64,000 bases of DNA, from assembly GCA_028688415.1 (NCBI GenBank), contig JAQTYF010000001.1, positions 716,020-780,019 of the forward strand, given 5' to 3'. Below, piece by piece: positions 29,804-38,853 of this stretch; within the stretch, counting starts at the first letter, position 1; each line of letters opens with the position of its first letter. The notes beneath the pieces were generated by a model, which saw only the letters and a program-made list of their open reading frames with translations, did no database searches and was not told the DNA's origin. The position numbers and the translations under genes are program-made. Origin of the DNA: Candidatus Moraniibacteriota bacterium (GTDB lineage: Bacteria > Patescibacteriota > Minisyncoccia > Moranbacterales > UBA1568).

Positions 29804-29857
29804 TGCATGATGAGTGATAATTGATAAAGAAAGAATTGATAATAGATAATGGATGAT
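29794..29857. repeat. Heptamer array, GAT orientation (8 units), upstream of the four-helix-bundle gene
   Basis: tgataat tgatgca tgatgag tgataat tgataaa [gaaagaat] tgataat agataat ggatgat. Confidence 0.88.
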
Positions 29858-29881
29858 AAAAGAAAAATAATAAATAAGGAT

Positions 29882-30247
29882 ATGGAAGAAAAGATTAAAA
29901 AATTTCAAGACTTATTTGCATGGCAAGAAGCTCATAAATTAGCATTGTTAGTTTATACAATAAGTAAAGAATTTCCGAAAGAGGAGTTGTTTGCACTAAC
30001 AAATCAGATACGAAGGGCTGCAGTATCTATACCATCAAATATAGCTGAAGGATATGGAAGACCTAGCGGAAAAGATAGGGTTCACTTTTTTTGGATAGCA
30101 AAAGGTTCTCTCCTCGAGGTAGAAAGTCAGTTTCTTATTGCTAAAGATCTTGGGTATATAAAAAATCTTTCATCCGAAAAAATGTTTATTACACAACTTG
30201 AAAAATCAGATAAAATTCTTACTGGACTTATAAAGAAAACGAGGTAA
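29882..30247 (+). CDS. Four-helix-bundle protein (23S rRNA IVP / Avd-like family)
   Basis: FQDLFAWQEAH, FPKEELFALTNQIRRAAVSIPSNIAEG and AKGSLLE...DLGY motifs. Confidence 0.93.
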   Translation: MEEKIKKFQDLFAWQEAHKLALLVYTISKEFPKEELFALTNQIRRAAVSIPSNIAEGYGRPSGKDRVHFFWIAKGSLLEVESQFLIAKDLGYIKNLSSEKMFITQLEKSDKILTGLIKKTR

Positions 30248-30259
30248 CCCTCGTTTTTT

Positions 30260-30294
30260 TATCTCTTATCATGCATCCCTCATCTATTATCCTC
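30260..30294. repeat. Heptamer array, ATC orientation (5 units), downstream of the four-helix-bundle gene
   Basis: tatctct tatcatg catccct catctat tatcctc, preceded by the terminator ACGAGG-TAAC-CCTCGT-T7. Confidence 0.85.
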
Positions 30295-32536
30295 TTCTAA
30301 GGGGTGCAACACCAAGCATCATTTTTTTGACACCAGAACGTTTGAAGGCGATCGTAGCAAGCGTCCCAGAAATAGAGACGATGAGTCCTCCACCGAACTG
30401 TGGGTGTTCTACCATATCTCCTGGACGGACATCATCTTTTCCGAGCGGTGGGGTATGATCCTGATTATTCACAGAGTTTCCAGTACTTTCCATTTTTGGA
30501 GTCACTTGCTTCTTGGTTGTCGGGAAATGATAGAATGATTTTTGTGCGTGCCGTTTGGCGAGCATCCCCGATGAGATACGCTCGAGTTCGAGGATGAGAT
30601 GTGGTGGTATTTCTTGCAAGAATCGGGAAGGAGGATTGACCTGTGTAGAGCCAAAAATCATCCGTTGTTCGGCATAGAGGAGATGTACTTTTTCTTTGGC
30701 ACGAGTGACACCGACGTACATGAGACGTCGCTCCTCTTCCATTTCTTGTGGGGCGAGTGCACTCCGAGAATGCGGAAATATCCCCTCTTCCATACCGAGC
30801 ATAAAGACAAAAGGAAATTCGAGTCCCTTGGAACTGTGCACCGTCATCAGATGAACGACATCACTTTCTTGGCTGATACCATCTGTATCAGAGGAGAGTG
30901 ATACTTCTTCGAGGAAACGATGAAGTGCATCAGTGAGTCCGATGTTGTCATATTTTTTCGCTACAGAAAGGAGTTCTTGCACGTTTTCCTGACGGACATC
31001 TCCTTCGGTCGTACCATCTGCCAAGCTACTCCAGTATCCACTTTCTTTACTGATTTTATCGAGCAGTTCTGGAAAGAGCATATCTGTCCGACGATCCATC
31101 TCGGCGCGTAGTTTGAGAAATATATCGACGAAGTCTCTGATGGATTTGATTTTTGCTTCTCGTAGTCCACTCGTTTCAAAAGTCATCTCATACGCTGCAT
31201 CAAAGAGATCGAGACCGTGCTCTCTTCCGAACTGTACCCATTTGTCGAGTGTCGCTTTGCCCAACCCTCTTGTTGGTTCATTGATGATTCTTTCCACTGC
31301 CAATATATCGCGAGGATTTTCGAGCAATCTCACATAGGCAATCATATCTTTGATTTCTTTGCGCTGGTAGAATTTCAGTCCGCCGACAACACGATACTCG
31401 ATAGAATGACGAAGGAACATTTCTTCCACGATACGGGATTGAGCATTCGTCCGATACAGAACGGCGAAATGACTATACGGGCGACCAGCAGTATGTTCTT
31501 TGGTCACTGTTTCCGCCACAAACCGCGCTTCTGCTTCTTCATCTTCCGCAGGACAGAGCGTGATCGGTTCTCCTGCTTTGATATCGGTCCAGAGTTTCTT
31601 GTGACGTTGATTGACGTTTTTGGAGATGATACCGTCGGCCGCATCGAGAATGATCTGCGTCGAACGATAATTACGATCCAGCGTGATGACGGCTGCATCC
31701 TGATAATCTTTCTCGAAGTTGAGGATATTTCGGATATCAGCCTGACGCCAACCATAGATTGACTGATAATCATCACCGATAACAAAAATATTACCGTGTT
31801 TTTTCGCGAGGAGATGGACGAGGAGGTACTGAGGATAGTTCGTATCTTGATACTCGTCTACCATGATGTACTGGAAAATCTGCTGATACTTCTCGAGTAC
31901 TTCCGGATGTTCCTGGAAGAGTTTGACGGTCAGCATGATGAGGTCGTCGAAATCCAGAGCATTCGTTCGTTTCAGCTCTTGTTCATAACGACTGTAGATT
32001 TTCGCGACGGTTTCTTCGATATAGCTCCCCGCCTGTGAGGTGAACTGCGAAGCATCCGAGAACGCATTCTTGGCACGGGAAATAGCATCAAGAACAGCTC
32101 GTGGACGGATCTGGTCAGGATTGATTTCCAGTTCCTTCATCGCTTTCTTCACGAGCGATTCCTGGTCTTGGCTGTCGAGAATATTGAAATTCTTCTCATA
32201 TCCGAGCGCTTCGATCTCTCGTCGCAAAATACGACAACAGATATTGTGAAACGTACCGATATATTGAGGAAGAACGACATCACCATATTCTGCCATGTCA
32301 CTTTCCTTTAAGAGTTTCTCGATGCGTTCGCGCATTTCTCCAGCAGCCTTGTTCGTAAACGTCACCGCGAGAATCGCATTCGGTGACACCTTTTTCTCAT
32401 TCATGAGGTAAGCGATACGATGGGTGAGTGTTTTTGTCTTCCCAGATCCCGCTCCTGCCAAGATAAGCACCGCTCCTTCGGTCGTGAGTACTGCTCGTAA
32501 TTGCTCAGGATTCAGCCCTTTTTCCCAAAATTTCAT
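30287..32536 (-). CDS. pcrA: UvrD/PcrA DNA helicase
   Basis: AGAGSGKT, TFTNKAA, DEYQD, QSIYGWR, NYRS, HSSKGLEF and EEERRL motifs; C-terminal Tudor-like HPQFG. Confidence 0.95.
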   Translation of the reverse strand: MKFWEKGLNPEQLRAVLTTEGAVLILAGAGSGKTKTLTHRIAYLMNEKKVSPNAILAVTFTNKAAGEMRERIEKLLKESDMAEYGDVVLPQYIGTFHNICCRILRREIEALGYEKNFNILDSQDQESLVKKAMKELEINPDQIRPRAVLDAISRAKNAFSDASQFTSQAGSYIEETVAKIYSRYEQELKRTNALDFDDLIMLTVKLFQEHPEVLEKYQQIFQYIMVDEYQDTNYPQYLLVHLLAKKHGNIFVIGDDYQSIYGWRQADIRNILNFEKDYQDAAVITLDRNYRSTQIILDAADGIISKNVNQRHKKLWTDIKAGEPITLCPAEDEEAEARFVAETVTKEHTAGRPYSHFAVLYRTNAQSRIVEEMFLRHSIEYRVVGGLKFYQRKEIKDMIAYVRLLENPRDILAVERIINEPTRGLGKATLDKWVQFGREHGLDLFDAAYEMTFETSGLREAKIKSIRDFVDIFLKLRAEMDRRTDMLFPELLDKISKESGYWSSLADGTTEGDVRQENVQELLSVAKKYDNIGLTDALHRFLEEVSLSSDTDGISQESDVVHLMTVHSSKGLEFPFVFMLGMEEGIFPHSRSALAPQEMEEERRLMYVGVTRAKEKVHLLYAEQRMIFGSTQVNPPSRFLQEIPPHLILELERISSGMLAKRHAQKSFYHFPTTKKQVTPKMESTGNSVNNQDHTPPLGKDDVRPGDMVEHPQFGGGLIVSISGTLATIAFKRSGVKKMMLGVAPLRRG

Positions 32537-32544
32537 ATAAAAGA

Positions 32545-32653
32545 GGATAATGGATACATGATAATTGATAAAAGATAAACAAGAGTCGAAGATAAAAAGG
32601 GATTGTTTTATTTTTCCCTATCACCTATCTCTTATCTTGCATCACTTATCTTT
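32545..32653. repeat. Inverted pair of heptamer arrays (5 + 5 units), empty
   Basis: ggataat ggataca tgataat tgataaa agataaa, 39 nt, then tatcacc tatctct tatcttg catcact tatcttt. Confidence 0.88.
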
Positions 32654-32719
32654 CTACATCTGAGTCATTCTAACATAATTTTCTCGAACACTCTATCTTC
32701 AAGAAGTATATGGTATTAT

Positions 32720-34360
32720 ATGAGTATGAAAAAAATACTGAGGAAGATAATTCAGACTATCGAGGATGCTCCGCTCACTCTTACTTCTTTTGTAGTGGCT
32801 TTTTTTGCGCTCATTGTTACCCGCCTCCTTATCGAGACTTCTTTTGGACTTTTTCAAGAACACTCCTTTTTCTTTTTCTTTTTTGAATTCACTCATACCT
32901 TCTTTTTTTTTCTCTGCTCATTCCTTCTGCTTGTATCTCTCGTTCGCTACGCTGGAAATATCAGCTTCGAAAAAGCTGCCAATGTCCTCTTGTTCGGTTT
33001 TCTCATCATTCTCACGCCACCGATTATTGATAACATCATTTTTCACGGCAGTCATTTCTGGAGTTTCTACGAATTCGATGGATTCATCGGACTTATCAAA
33101 CGATTCTTCACTCTCTTCGGAGATACACCCGATATGGGTATCACCTACGGTGTCCGTGTCGAGGTCGTCGTCGTCACTCTCGCTCTCGCTCTCTATACTT
33201 TCCTCAAATCACAGAGCAAGAAAAAAGCGTTCATCGTTGCGCTCCTCACCTATACCGCGCTCTTCATTCTCGGCACCTTCCCAGCTTGGCTCACACTCGG
33301 TATCCTCAGTTTCGAAAAAGGATTTTTTGCCATCAATCAGAACGATGTAGCCGGACTCTTCCTCACACCACAGTATATCTTTGCTCGTGACCTGACAGAT
33401 TTTCGGAGCGTACTGAATGTGAAAATGAGTATGGTCTATAGCGTGATGAGTGCGTTTCTCGTAGGTCTCCTTCTCTACAGAGAATATACACAATACTTTT
33501 TTGCACTCTTGAGAAACGTCCGTCTCCCACAGGTTTTCTATCACGGTGGATTGCTCGTTCTCGGTATGATCCTTGCCTTCTTCCTCACCGAAACACCTTT
33601 CTCTATTGATTTCTTCCACATCACCGGAACAATCACACTCATTATCGCTATCGAGAGTGCATGGATCGCTTCTGTCATTGCCAATGATTGTTTCGACATG
33701 AATATAGATACTGTTACCAATAGTGATCGACCTCTGATACAAAAAACCATCCCTACAGAACTCTATAAAACAATGGGTATCTTGTTTTTCATCACTTCAC
33801 TTCTCTTCGCTGGTATTGTCAGTTTCTCCGCTCTTCTCTTGCTCCTCGGATACCAATCCATCGCCTGGCTCTATTCAGCTCCACCGCTTCGGCTGAAACG
33901 ATTCCCTTTTATTGCGACTTTGTTTGCTGGTTTTGCTGGTATTCTCATTCTTATCACAGGATTTGTCGTTGTTGCCGGAGCAAGCGGACTCGCATCACTG
34001 CCGATGTCCATTCTCTTCTACCTCTTCTTTGCTTACACGCTCGTTCTTCCTATCAAAGATTTCAAAGACATCGCCGGTGATAAAAAAGACTTTGTCTATA
34101 CAATTCCTGTCTTGCTCGGTGCTAAAAAAGCCCAGATACTTCTCGGGAGTACCACTTTTTTGTTTTATATATTCAGCACGATTATCCTCAATGCAAGGTC
34201 CCTTTTCTTCCCAGCACTCTTTTTTGGTAGTCTCGCTTTCTGGACCATACAAAAAGGAGAAGAAAAAAATACATCTTTCTTCTCCTTCCGTAAATTGCCT
34301 GGCATCCTCGTAACTCTCACTCTTTGTTACGGAATTACTCTAACACTTCTTCTTTTCTAA
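32720..34360 (+). CDS. UbiA-family prenyltransferase with a long N-terminal membrane extension
   Basis: NDCFDMNID...RPL, YSAPPLRLKR and KDFKDIAGD motifs. Start 32720 or 32726. Confidence 0.85.
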   Translation: MSMKKILRKIIQTIEDAPLTLTSFVVAFFALIVTRLLIETSFGLFQEHSFFFFFFEFTHTFFFFLCSFLLLVSLVRYAGNISFEKAANVLLFGFLIILTPPIIDNIIFHGSHFWSFYEFDGFIGLIKRFFTLFGDTPDMGITYGVRVEVVVVTLALALYTFLKSQSKKKAFIVALLTYTALFILGTFPAWLTLGILSFEKGFFAINQNDVAGLFLTPQYIFARDLTDFRSVLNVKMSMVYSVMSAFLVGLLLYREYTQYFFALLRNVRLPQVFYHGGLLVLGMILAFFLTETPFSIDFFHITGTITLIIAIESAWIASVIANDCFDMNIDTVTNSDRPLIQKTIPTELYKTMGILFFITSLLFAGIVSFSALLLLLGYQSIAWLYSAPPLRLKRFPFIATLFAGFAGILILITGFVVVAGASGLASLPMSILFYLFFAYTLVLPIKDFKDIAGDKKDFVYTIPVLLGAKKAQILLGSTTFLFYIFSTIILNARSLFFPALFFGSLAFWTIQKGEEKNTSFFSFRKLPGILVTLTLCYGITLTLLLF

Positions 34361-35148
34361 AGTATTTTTTCTAAATTTTCCCAATTCTCGACAGACAATG
34401 CCTGCGCACGGATATCGATTCGCAGACCAAGCTCTACGAGTTTAGATTCAATAGTTTCCTTGGGGATACCGAGACTCGACGAGAGATTGTTCGTCAGTGT
34501 TTTCCTTCGTGCAGAGAATCCTGCTCGAGCAAGTCTGAATACTTTTCGATCTTCTTCAGCATCATACGCTCTTCTTGGAATAATCTGAATTACCGCACTA
34601 TCTACTTTCGGCACTGGTTCAAAAGATTCTTTGGGCACAAACAATTTCTTTTCTACGGTCGCGTAATACTGTGCCATGAGTGAGAGGAGGCTCATATCTC
34701 CTGGCTTAGCAGAGAGACGATCAGCTACTTCATTCTGCACCATGAGTGTCATCGATACTGGTGGATAGGTTAGAGAGAGGAGCGTGCGAATAATAGGAGC
34801 TGTGATGTAGTAGGGAATGTTCGCAATAATTTTATACGGATGTTCTGAGAATTGAGTTTCTTCCAAAACTTCTTTCAGGTTCATATCGAGAATATTTCCC
34901 TCAAGTAAAGAGAGTTCTTTGGAATTTTTGTACTCTTCTTGGAGATGTGTAATGAGCTCGTGATCGAGTTCGATAGCAATTATTTTCTCCACCATACCTA
35001 CTAACCGAGAAGTCAGCACTCCTGTACCGGGGCCGATTTCAAAAACCCAATCAGTGGACTTTGCATCAGCAATGGTAAAAATATTTGCAATAACAGATTC
35101 ATCTTTAAGAAAGTTTTGTCCCAGTGATTTTTTCGCTTTTATTTGCAT
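34357..35148 (-). CDS. rsmA: 16S rRNA m6,2A dimethyltransferase
   Basis: KKSLGQNFL, EIGPGTG, ANIPYYIT and PKVDSA motifs. Confidence 0.96.
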   Translation of the reverse strand: MQIKAKKSLGQNFLKDESVIANIFTIADAKSTDWVFEIGPGTGVLTSRLVGMVEKIIAIELDHELITHLQEEYKNSKELSLLEGNILDMNLKEVLEETQFSEHPYKIIANIPYYITAPIIRTLLSLTYPPVSMTLMVQNEVADRLSAKPGDMSLLSLMAQYYATVEKKLFVPKESFEPVPKVDSAVIQIIPRRAYDAEEDRKVFRLARAGFSARRKTLTNNLSSSLGIPKETIESKLVELGLRIDIRAQALSVENWENLEKIL

Positions 35149-35222
35149 AAATATTTGCAGTATCAGATATATGAAACTTGAAGGAGTATCATATCAGATA
35201 TTTCCTAAAAAACACAACTTTT

Positions 35223-36422
35223 TTATTTGTATCGAAGCGCTTCGAGAGGATCGATTTTACTCGCTCGTCTCGCTGGCACGAGCGCTGTGAGAAATCCGAC
35301 AAAAGCACCGAAGACAATAATAAGAGCGATAAACCATGTCGGAGTGAAAAAAAGGTTAACAGAAGAACCACCGAGCCTCACTGCGAGAAAATTAATAGCG
35401 ATGTTGAGTCCTGCTCCTCCGACAATACCAAGTACCACTCCCCCCAGGCCCCCGAGGAATCCCATGATAATAGATTCCCACAAAAAAAGAGTGGAGATGG
35501 TCATATCAGAAGCTCCGATAGATTTCATAATACCAATCTCTTCGGTACGTTCCATAAGCGTGATCGTCATTGTATTGAACATTCCGATAGCTGATACTAC
35601 GAGAGCAACGATACCAAAACTCATCAATACAATTTGTACAATAGAGAAAATTTTATTTGCCTGATCAATCGTATCAGAAAGAGATGAAACAAGAAGTCCT
35701 TCACCAACAATTTTCTCTCGTACTGATTCCATTACATTACTTGAGGCACATTTGACTTTGAGTTGTGAATAATGTTCGACAGCATTCTCTGGAAAAGAGA
35801 CAGAATGAACATATATGATATTTTCCTCACTCGGTATCACTCCGATGACTGTGTAAGAATGTTCTGATTCTATTTTTTCCAATTTATCCTGCACATCGTC
35901 TTTAGTAGCTCGAGAAACGAAAAAGGTTAACTCTATCGGTGTATCAATGATACTCGCACCATCTTTTTCAAAAACCGTCGCTAATGCAGAAGAAATAAGG
36001 ATGCCTCGAGGGGTCGCGTCGTTGATCATTGATCCTTTCTCGAGACGAGTACCACTGAGTTTCATAAACATGGGCGTGGTACCGATGACTGTTAGATCAA
36101 GCGACACTCCATTGATGAGTCCCTGTGCGGTCAATCGAGAAGAAGGACTCACCTCTACCACTCCTTCGAAAGCCGTGATTCTTTCTATGCGTTCTTGATC
36201 GATTGGTACGAATGTTGCATTGGCCTCAGTCACATCGAGTGTCACAAGAGAATCATCAGTTGTGATACGATCGAGAAGTGCTTTCTGAAGTCCATACCCG
36301 AGAGAAACAAGAAAGAGTACTGCTCCGATACCGACACTCATACCAAGAATCGTCAAAGCTGTTCGCATCTTGCGAGCCTTGAACATACGGGTTGAGAGAG
36401 TGAAAGCATCAGAGAACTTCAT
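35223..36422 (-). CDS. MacB/FtsX-family ABC permease (paralog of 10731..11927)
   Basis: RMFKARKMRTALTILG, ERTEEIGIMK and DPLEALRY motifs. Confidence 0.92.
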   Translation of the reverse strand: MKFSDAFTLSTRMFKARKMRTALTILGMSVGIGAVLFLVSLGYGLQKALLDRITTDDSLVTLDVTEANATFVPIDQERIERITAFEGVVEVSPSSRLTAQGLINGVSLDLTVIGTTPMFMKLSGTRLEKGSMINDATPRGILISSALATVFEKDGASIIDTPIELTFFVSRATKDDVQDKLEKIESEHSYTVIGVIPSEENIIYVHSVSFPENAVEHYSQLKVKCASSNVMESVREKIVGEGLLVSSLSDTIDQANKIFSIVQIVLMSFGIVALVVSAIGMFNTMTITLMERTEEIGIMKSIGASDMTISTLFLWESIIMGFLGGLGGVVLGIVGGAGLNIAINFLAVRLGGSSVNLFFTPTWFIALIIVFGAFVGFLTALVPARRASKIDPLEALRYK

Positions 36423-36437
36423 ACATCACATCGTTTA

Positions 36438-37760
36438 TTAATACTTGATAAGTAAAAGCATTTCCACTTCTTGAGCAATTCTTTCTGCAGTAAATCGATG
36501 AAGTCCCATACCTTCTTTGGCTACTGGGAGATCGAGAAGATGGAGTAATCCAGTATGATCGATTTTATTTTCTGTACGTTGTTTCAGAATTGTGTAGAAT
36601 CGAGACTGTTGTTCTTCGTTCAACACAAGCGAAAAATGTGACGTGAGATATTCACCGAGAGATTCTGTCGCATGCAAAGGAAGCTCTTTCATCTTTCTCG
36701 CTTGATCTACGAGTCCGGCAACACGTTCCGAGAACGAATAGGCACGACGTACATTCCAGTTTGCTCCTCCTTCTAGAAACGGGGCATCGAGCATTTGTGC
36801 TAATTCTTCCTGTTTGATGCTATTAAAAAGATATTCTTTAAGAAATCCTTCAGTGATTTTGACCTGCTCTTCGGTAATTTCTGAAAGAATATGAAACATC
36901 ATCTGCTTTACCTTGTAAGGAACAAGCAATGCCGACACCTGGTCTTGAGGCATATTCTGAAAACTACGGAGCAGCATTTCAAGCTCTGGAGAACGTTTGG
37001 CAGCCTCAAGTTTTTCCGCCTCAAGTTTGGCATTTGCATCGACAGCGTGTGTAATGTTTCGTTTTTCTTTGTGTACTTCTTCTCGGAGGATCTTCCCATC
37101 CTTCATGAAGATATTCCGGTCTCCATATTGGAGGTGATTCGGCTCATGTGTCACGAGGACGATAGTCTTCTTATCTACTTCATTTAACTCTTTGAGAATT
37201 GCCAGCACGTTTTCTGCGGAGGCGCTATCGAGGTTTCCGACTGGTTCATCGGCAAAAATGATATCTGGTTTGTTGATAAGTGAACGTGCAATAGAGGCAC
37301 GTTGTTTTTGTCCACCAGACAATTCGCTCGGGAATTTGAATGCTTGTTCGAGAATGCCAAAACGCTTCAGAAGTTGCATTCCTTCTTCGTGTCGTGTTTT
37401 CTTGTCTTCATTGCGGAACAATTTTGGAAGACAGATATTATCAATGATGGTGAGGGATGGGATAAGGAAGAAAGCCTGAAAAATCATTCCCATACCCAAT
37501 TGGTGATAAAGCAATTTGTCTTTCTTCGTCATCTGAGAGAATGCTTTTCCATTGAACAATATCTCACCAGATGTCGGAGCCTGGAGTGCTGCGAGTGAAT
37601 ACAGCAGGGTCGACTTGCCACAACCAGATGGACCAAAAACAATCACGTATTCTTCTGGATAAATATCCAAACTCACCCCCTGAAGTGAACGCATTTCGTT
37701 CTGCTTTCCTTGGTTGTATGTCACATTCAAATTTTCGACGTGCAGTAATGATTCGTTCAT
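36438..37760 (-). CDS. ABC ATPase with C-terminal extension (paralog of 9422..10726)
   Basis: GPSGCGKS, LSGGQKQR and DEPVGNLD motifs. Confidence 0.92.
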   Translation of the reverse strand: MNESLLHVENLNVTYNQGKQNEMRSLQGVSLDIYPEEYVIVFGPSGCGKSTLLYSLAALQAPTSGEILFNGKAFSQMTKKDKLLYHQLGMGMIFQAFFLIPSLTIIDNICLPKLFRNEDKKTRHEEGMQLLKRFGILEQAFKFPSELSGGQKQRASIARSLINKPDIIFADEPVGNLDSASAENVLAILKELNEVDKKTIVLVTHEPNHLQYGDRNIFMKDGKILREEVHKEKRNITHAVDANAKLEAEKLEAAKRSPELEMLLRSFQNMPQDQVSALLVPYKVKQMMFHILSEITEEQVKITEGFLKEYLFNSIKQEELAQMLDAPFLEGGANWNVRRAYSFSERVAGLVDQARKMKELPLHATESLGEYLTSHFSLVLNEEQQSRFYTILKQRTENKIDHTGLLHLLDLPVAKEGMGLHRFTAERIAQEVEMLLLIKY

Positions 37761-37854
37761 TTTTTACTCAGGAAGTATAACTCTTGTCTAGTATATCGTA
37801 TCGTCATTCATCCCACAACCTACAATCAATCAAAAGGATGTCTTTTCTTATCAA

Positions 37855-38841
37855 TCAATTGACGATCTCTTCCATTTTGACATTGATGACGCCCGCTCCG
37901 AGAGAAGCTATTTTCGCAAAAGCAACCTTATCGAGATCGATGATACGACCTGGCACAAAAGGTCCGCGATCATTGATTTTTACGATAACGCTTTTTCCAT
38001 TATCGACATTCGTTACTTTTACGAATGATCCTTTGGGAAGCCAGGGATTGGCAGCTGCCATCGTCCCTGTCCAGGCGTACCACGATGCTCCCCCTGTATG
38101 ACTTTTCCCAAGTTTGACCATAGTTCCTTGTGTTGTGATTTCTGGAACTGGTTCTTTGATAATCTCTGTATCAAGCAGTTTCCTATTTACCTCTTTATCA
38201 TCATATTTACTGATTCTGTACGTGAGTTTTTTCATACCATCTTCTCCTTTCTGCGTAACAATATTTTTCCGCCACGAAAGAGTTTCGTCTTCATTGACTT
38301 TCTTTTCAAAAGGGATCGCTTTTTCGACAACTCTTTCTTCGATTACTACCCGCGTAACAACAACACTGATACCACTGCCTATCAGTGTCTCTCGACTCGG
38401 TTTCACAATATCATCAGCGTCTATCACAAAGATACTCTCATCAAGAGCCTGGCCCACTGTAAGCGCTTGTGTGTGCAGTATATTTTCACTCCCATCCACC
38501 ATCACTTTTATCGTATGTGCTCGTGCAACAAAAATATATGATCCGGAAAAAATTTTTGTATTTTCATCTGGGAAGACACTATCCCCTTCTTGAAGTGAGA
38601 GTTTTTCTGTTTCAAGAAATTCTTTCACCGTTTCTTCTGAAACATCTGAAAAGGAATAATGAAACCCCTCATCAATAAGGACAACTTTTTTTAATTTATA
38701 GGTATCCCATCCCTCTAATACTGGCTCTTTCAAAAAATCATTGTACCAAAAAATCAAAAATGTACCTATGATAAAAAAAGAGAGAAAGATCCACTTTTTC
38801 CTCTTATTTTCTCTTTTTTTTGTTCTTGTATTCCGATACAT
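37855..38841 (-). CDS. YabE/RpfB-like protein: TM, DUF348 x2, G5, RlpA-like (DPBB) domain
   Basis: TVKEFL/TVGQAL DUF348 repeats, QKGEDG...EIT..GT G5 domain, ASWY and INDRGPF..GRIIDL. Confidence 0.85.
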   Translation of the reverse strand: MYRNTRTKKRENKRKKWIFLSFFIIGTFLIFWYNDFLKEPVLEGWDTYKLKKVVLIDEGFHYSFSDVSEETVKEFLETEKLSLQEGDSVFPDENTKIFSGSYIFVARAHTIKVMVDGSENILHTQALTVGQALDESIFVIDADDIVKPSRETLIGSGISVVVTRVVIEERVVEKAIPFEKKVNEDETLSWRKNIVTQKGEDGMKKLTYRISKYDDKEVNRKLLDTEIIKEPVPEITTQGTMVKLGKSHTGGASWYAWTGTMAAANPWLPKGSFVKVTNVDNGKSVIVKINDRGPFVPGRIIDLDKVAFAKIASLGAGVINVKMEEIVN

Positions 38842-38853
38842 ACGTACTTTTCT

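Noticed and set aside
3321-30247. Complete DGR formed by the VR gene and the Avd-like gene
   Set aside because: They are 26 kb apart with no RT or TR in the window, and the four-helix protein looks like the generic IVP type rather than a DGR-linked Avd.
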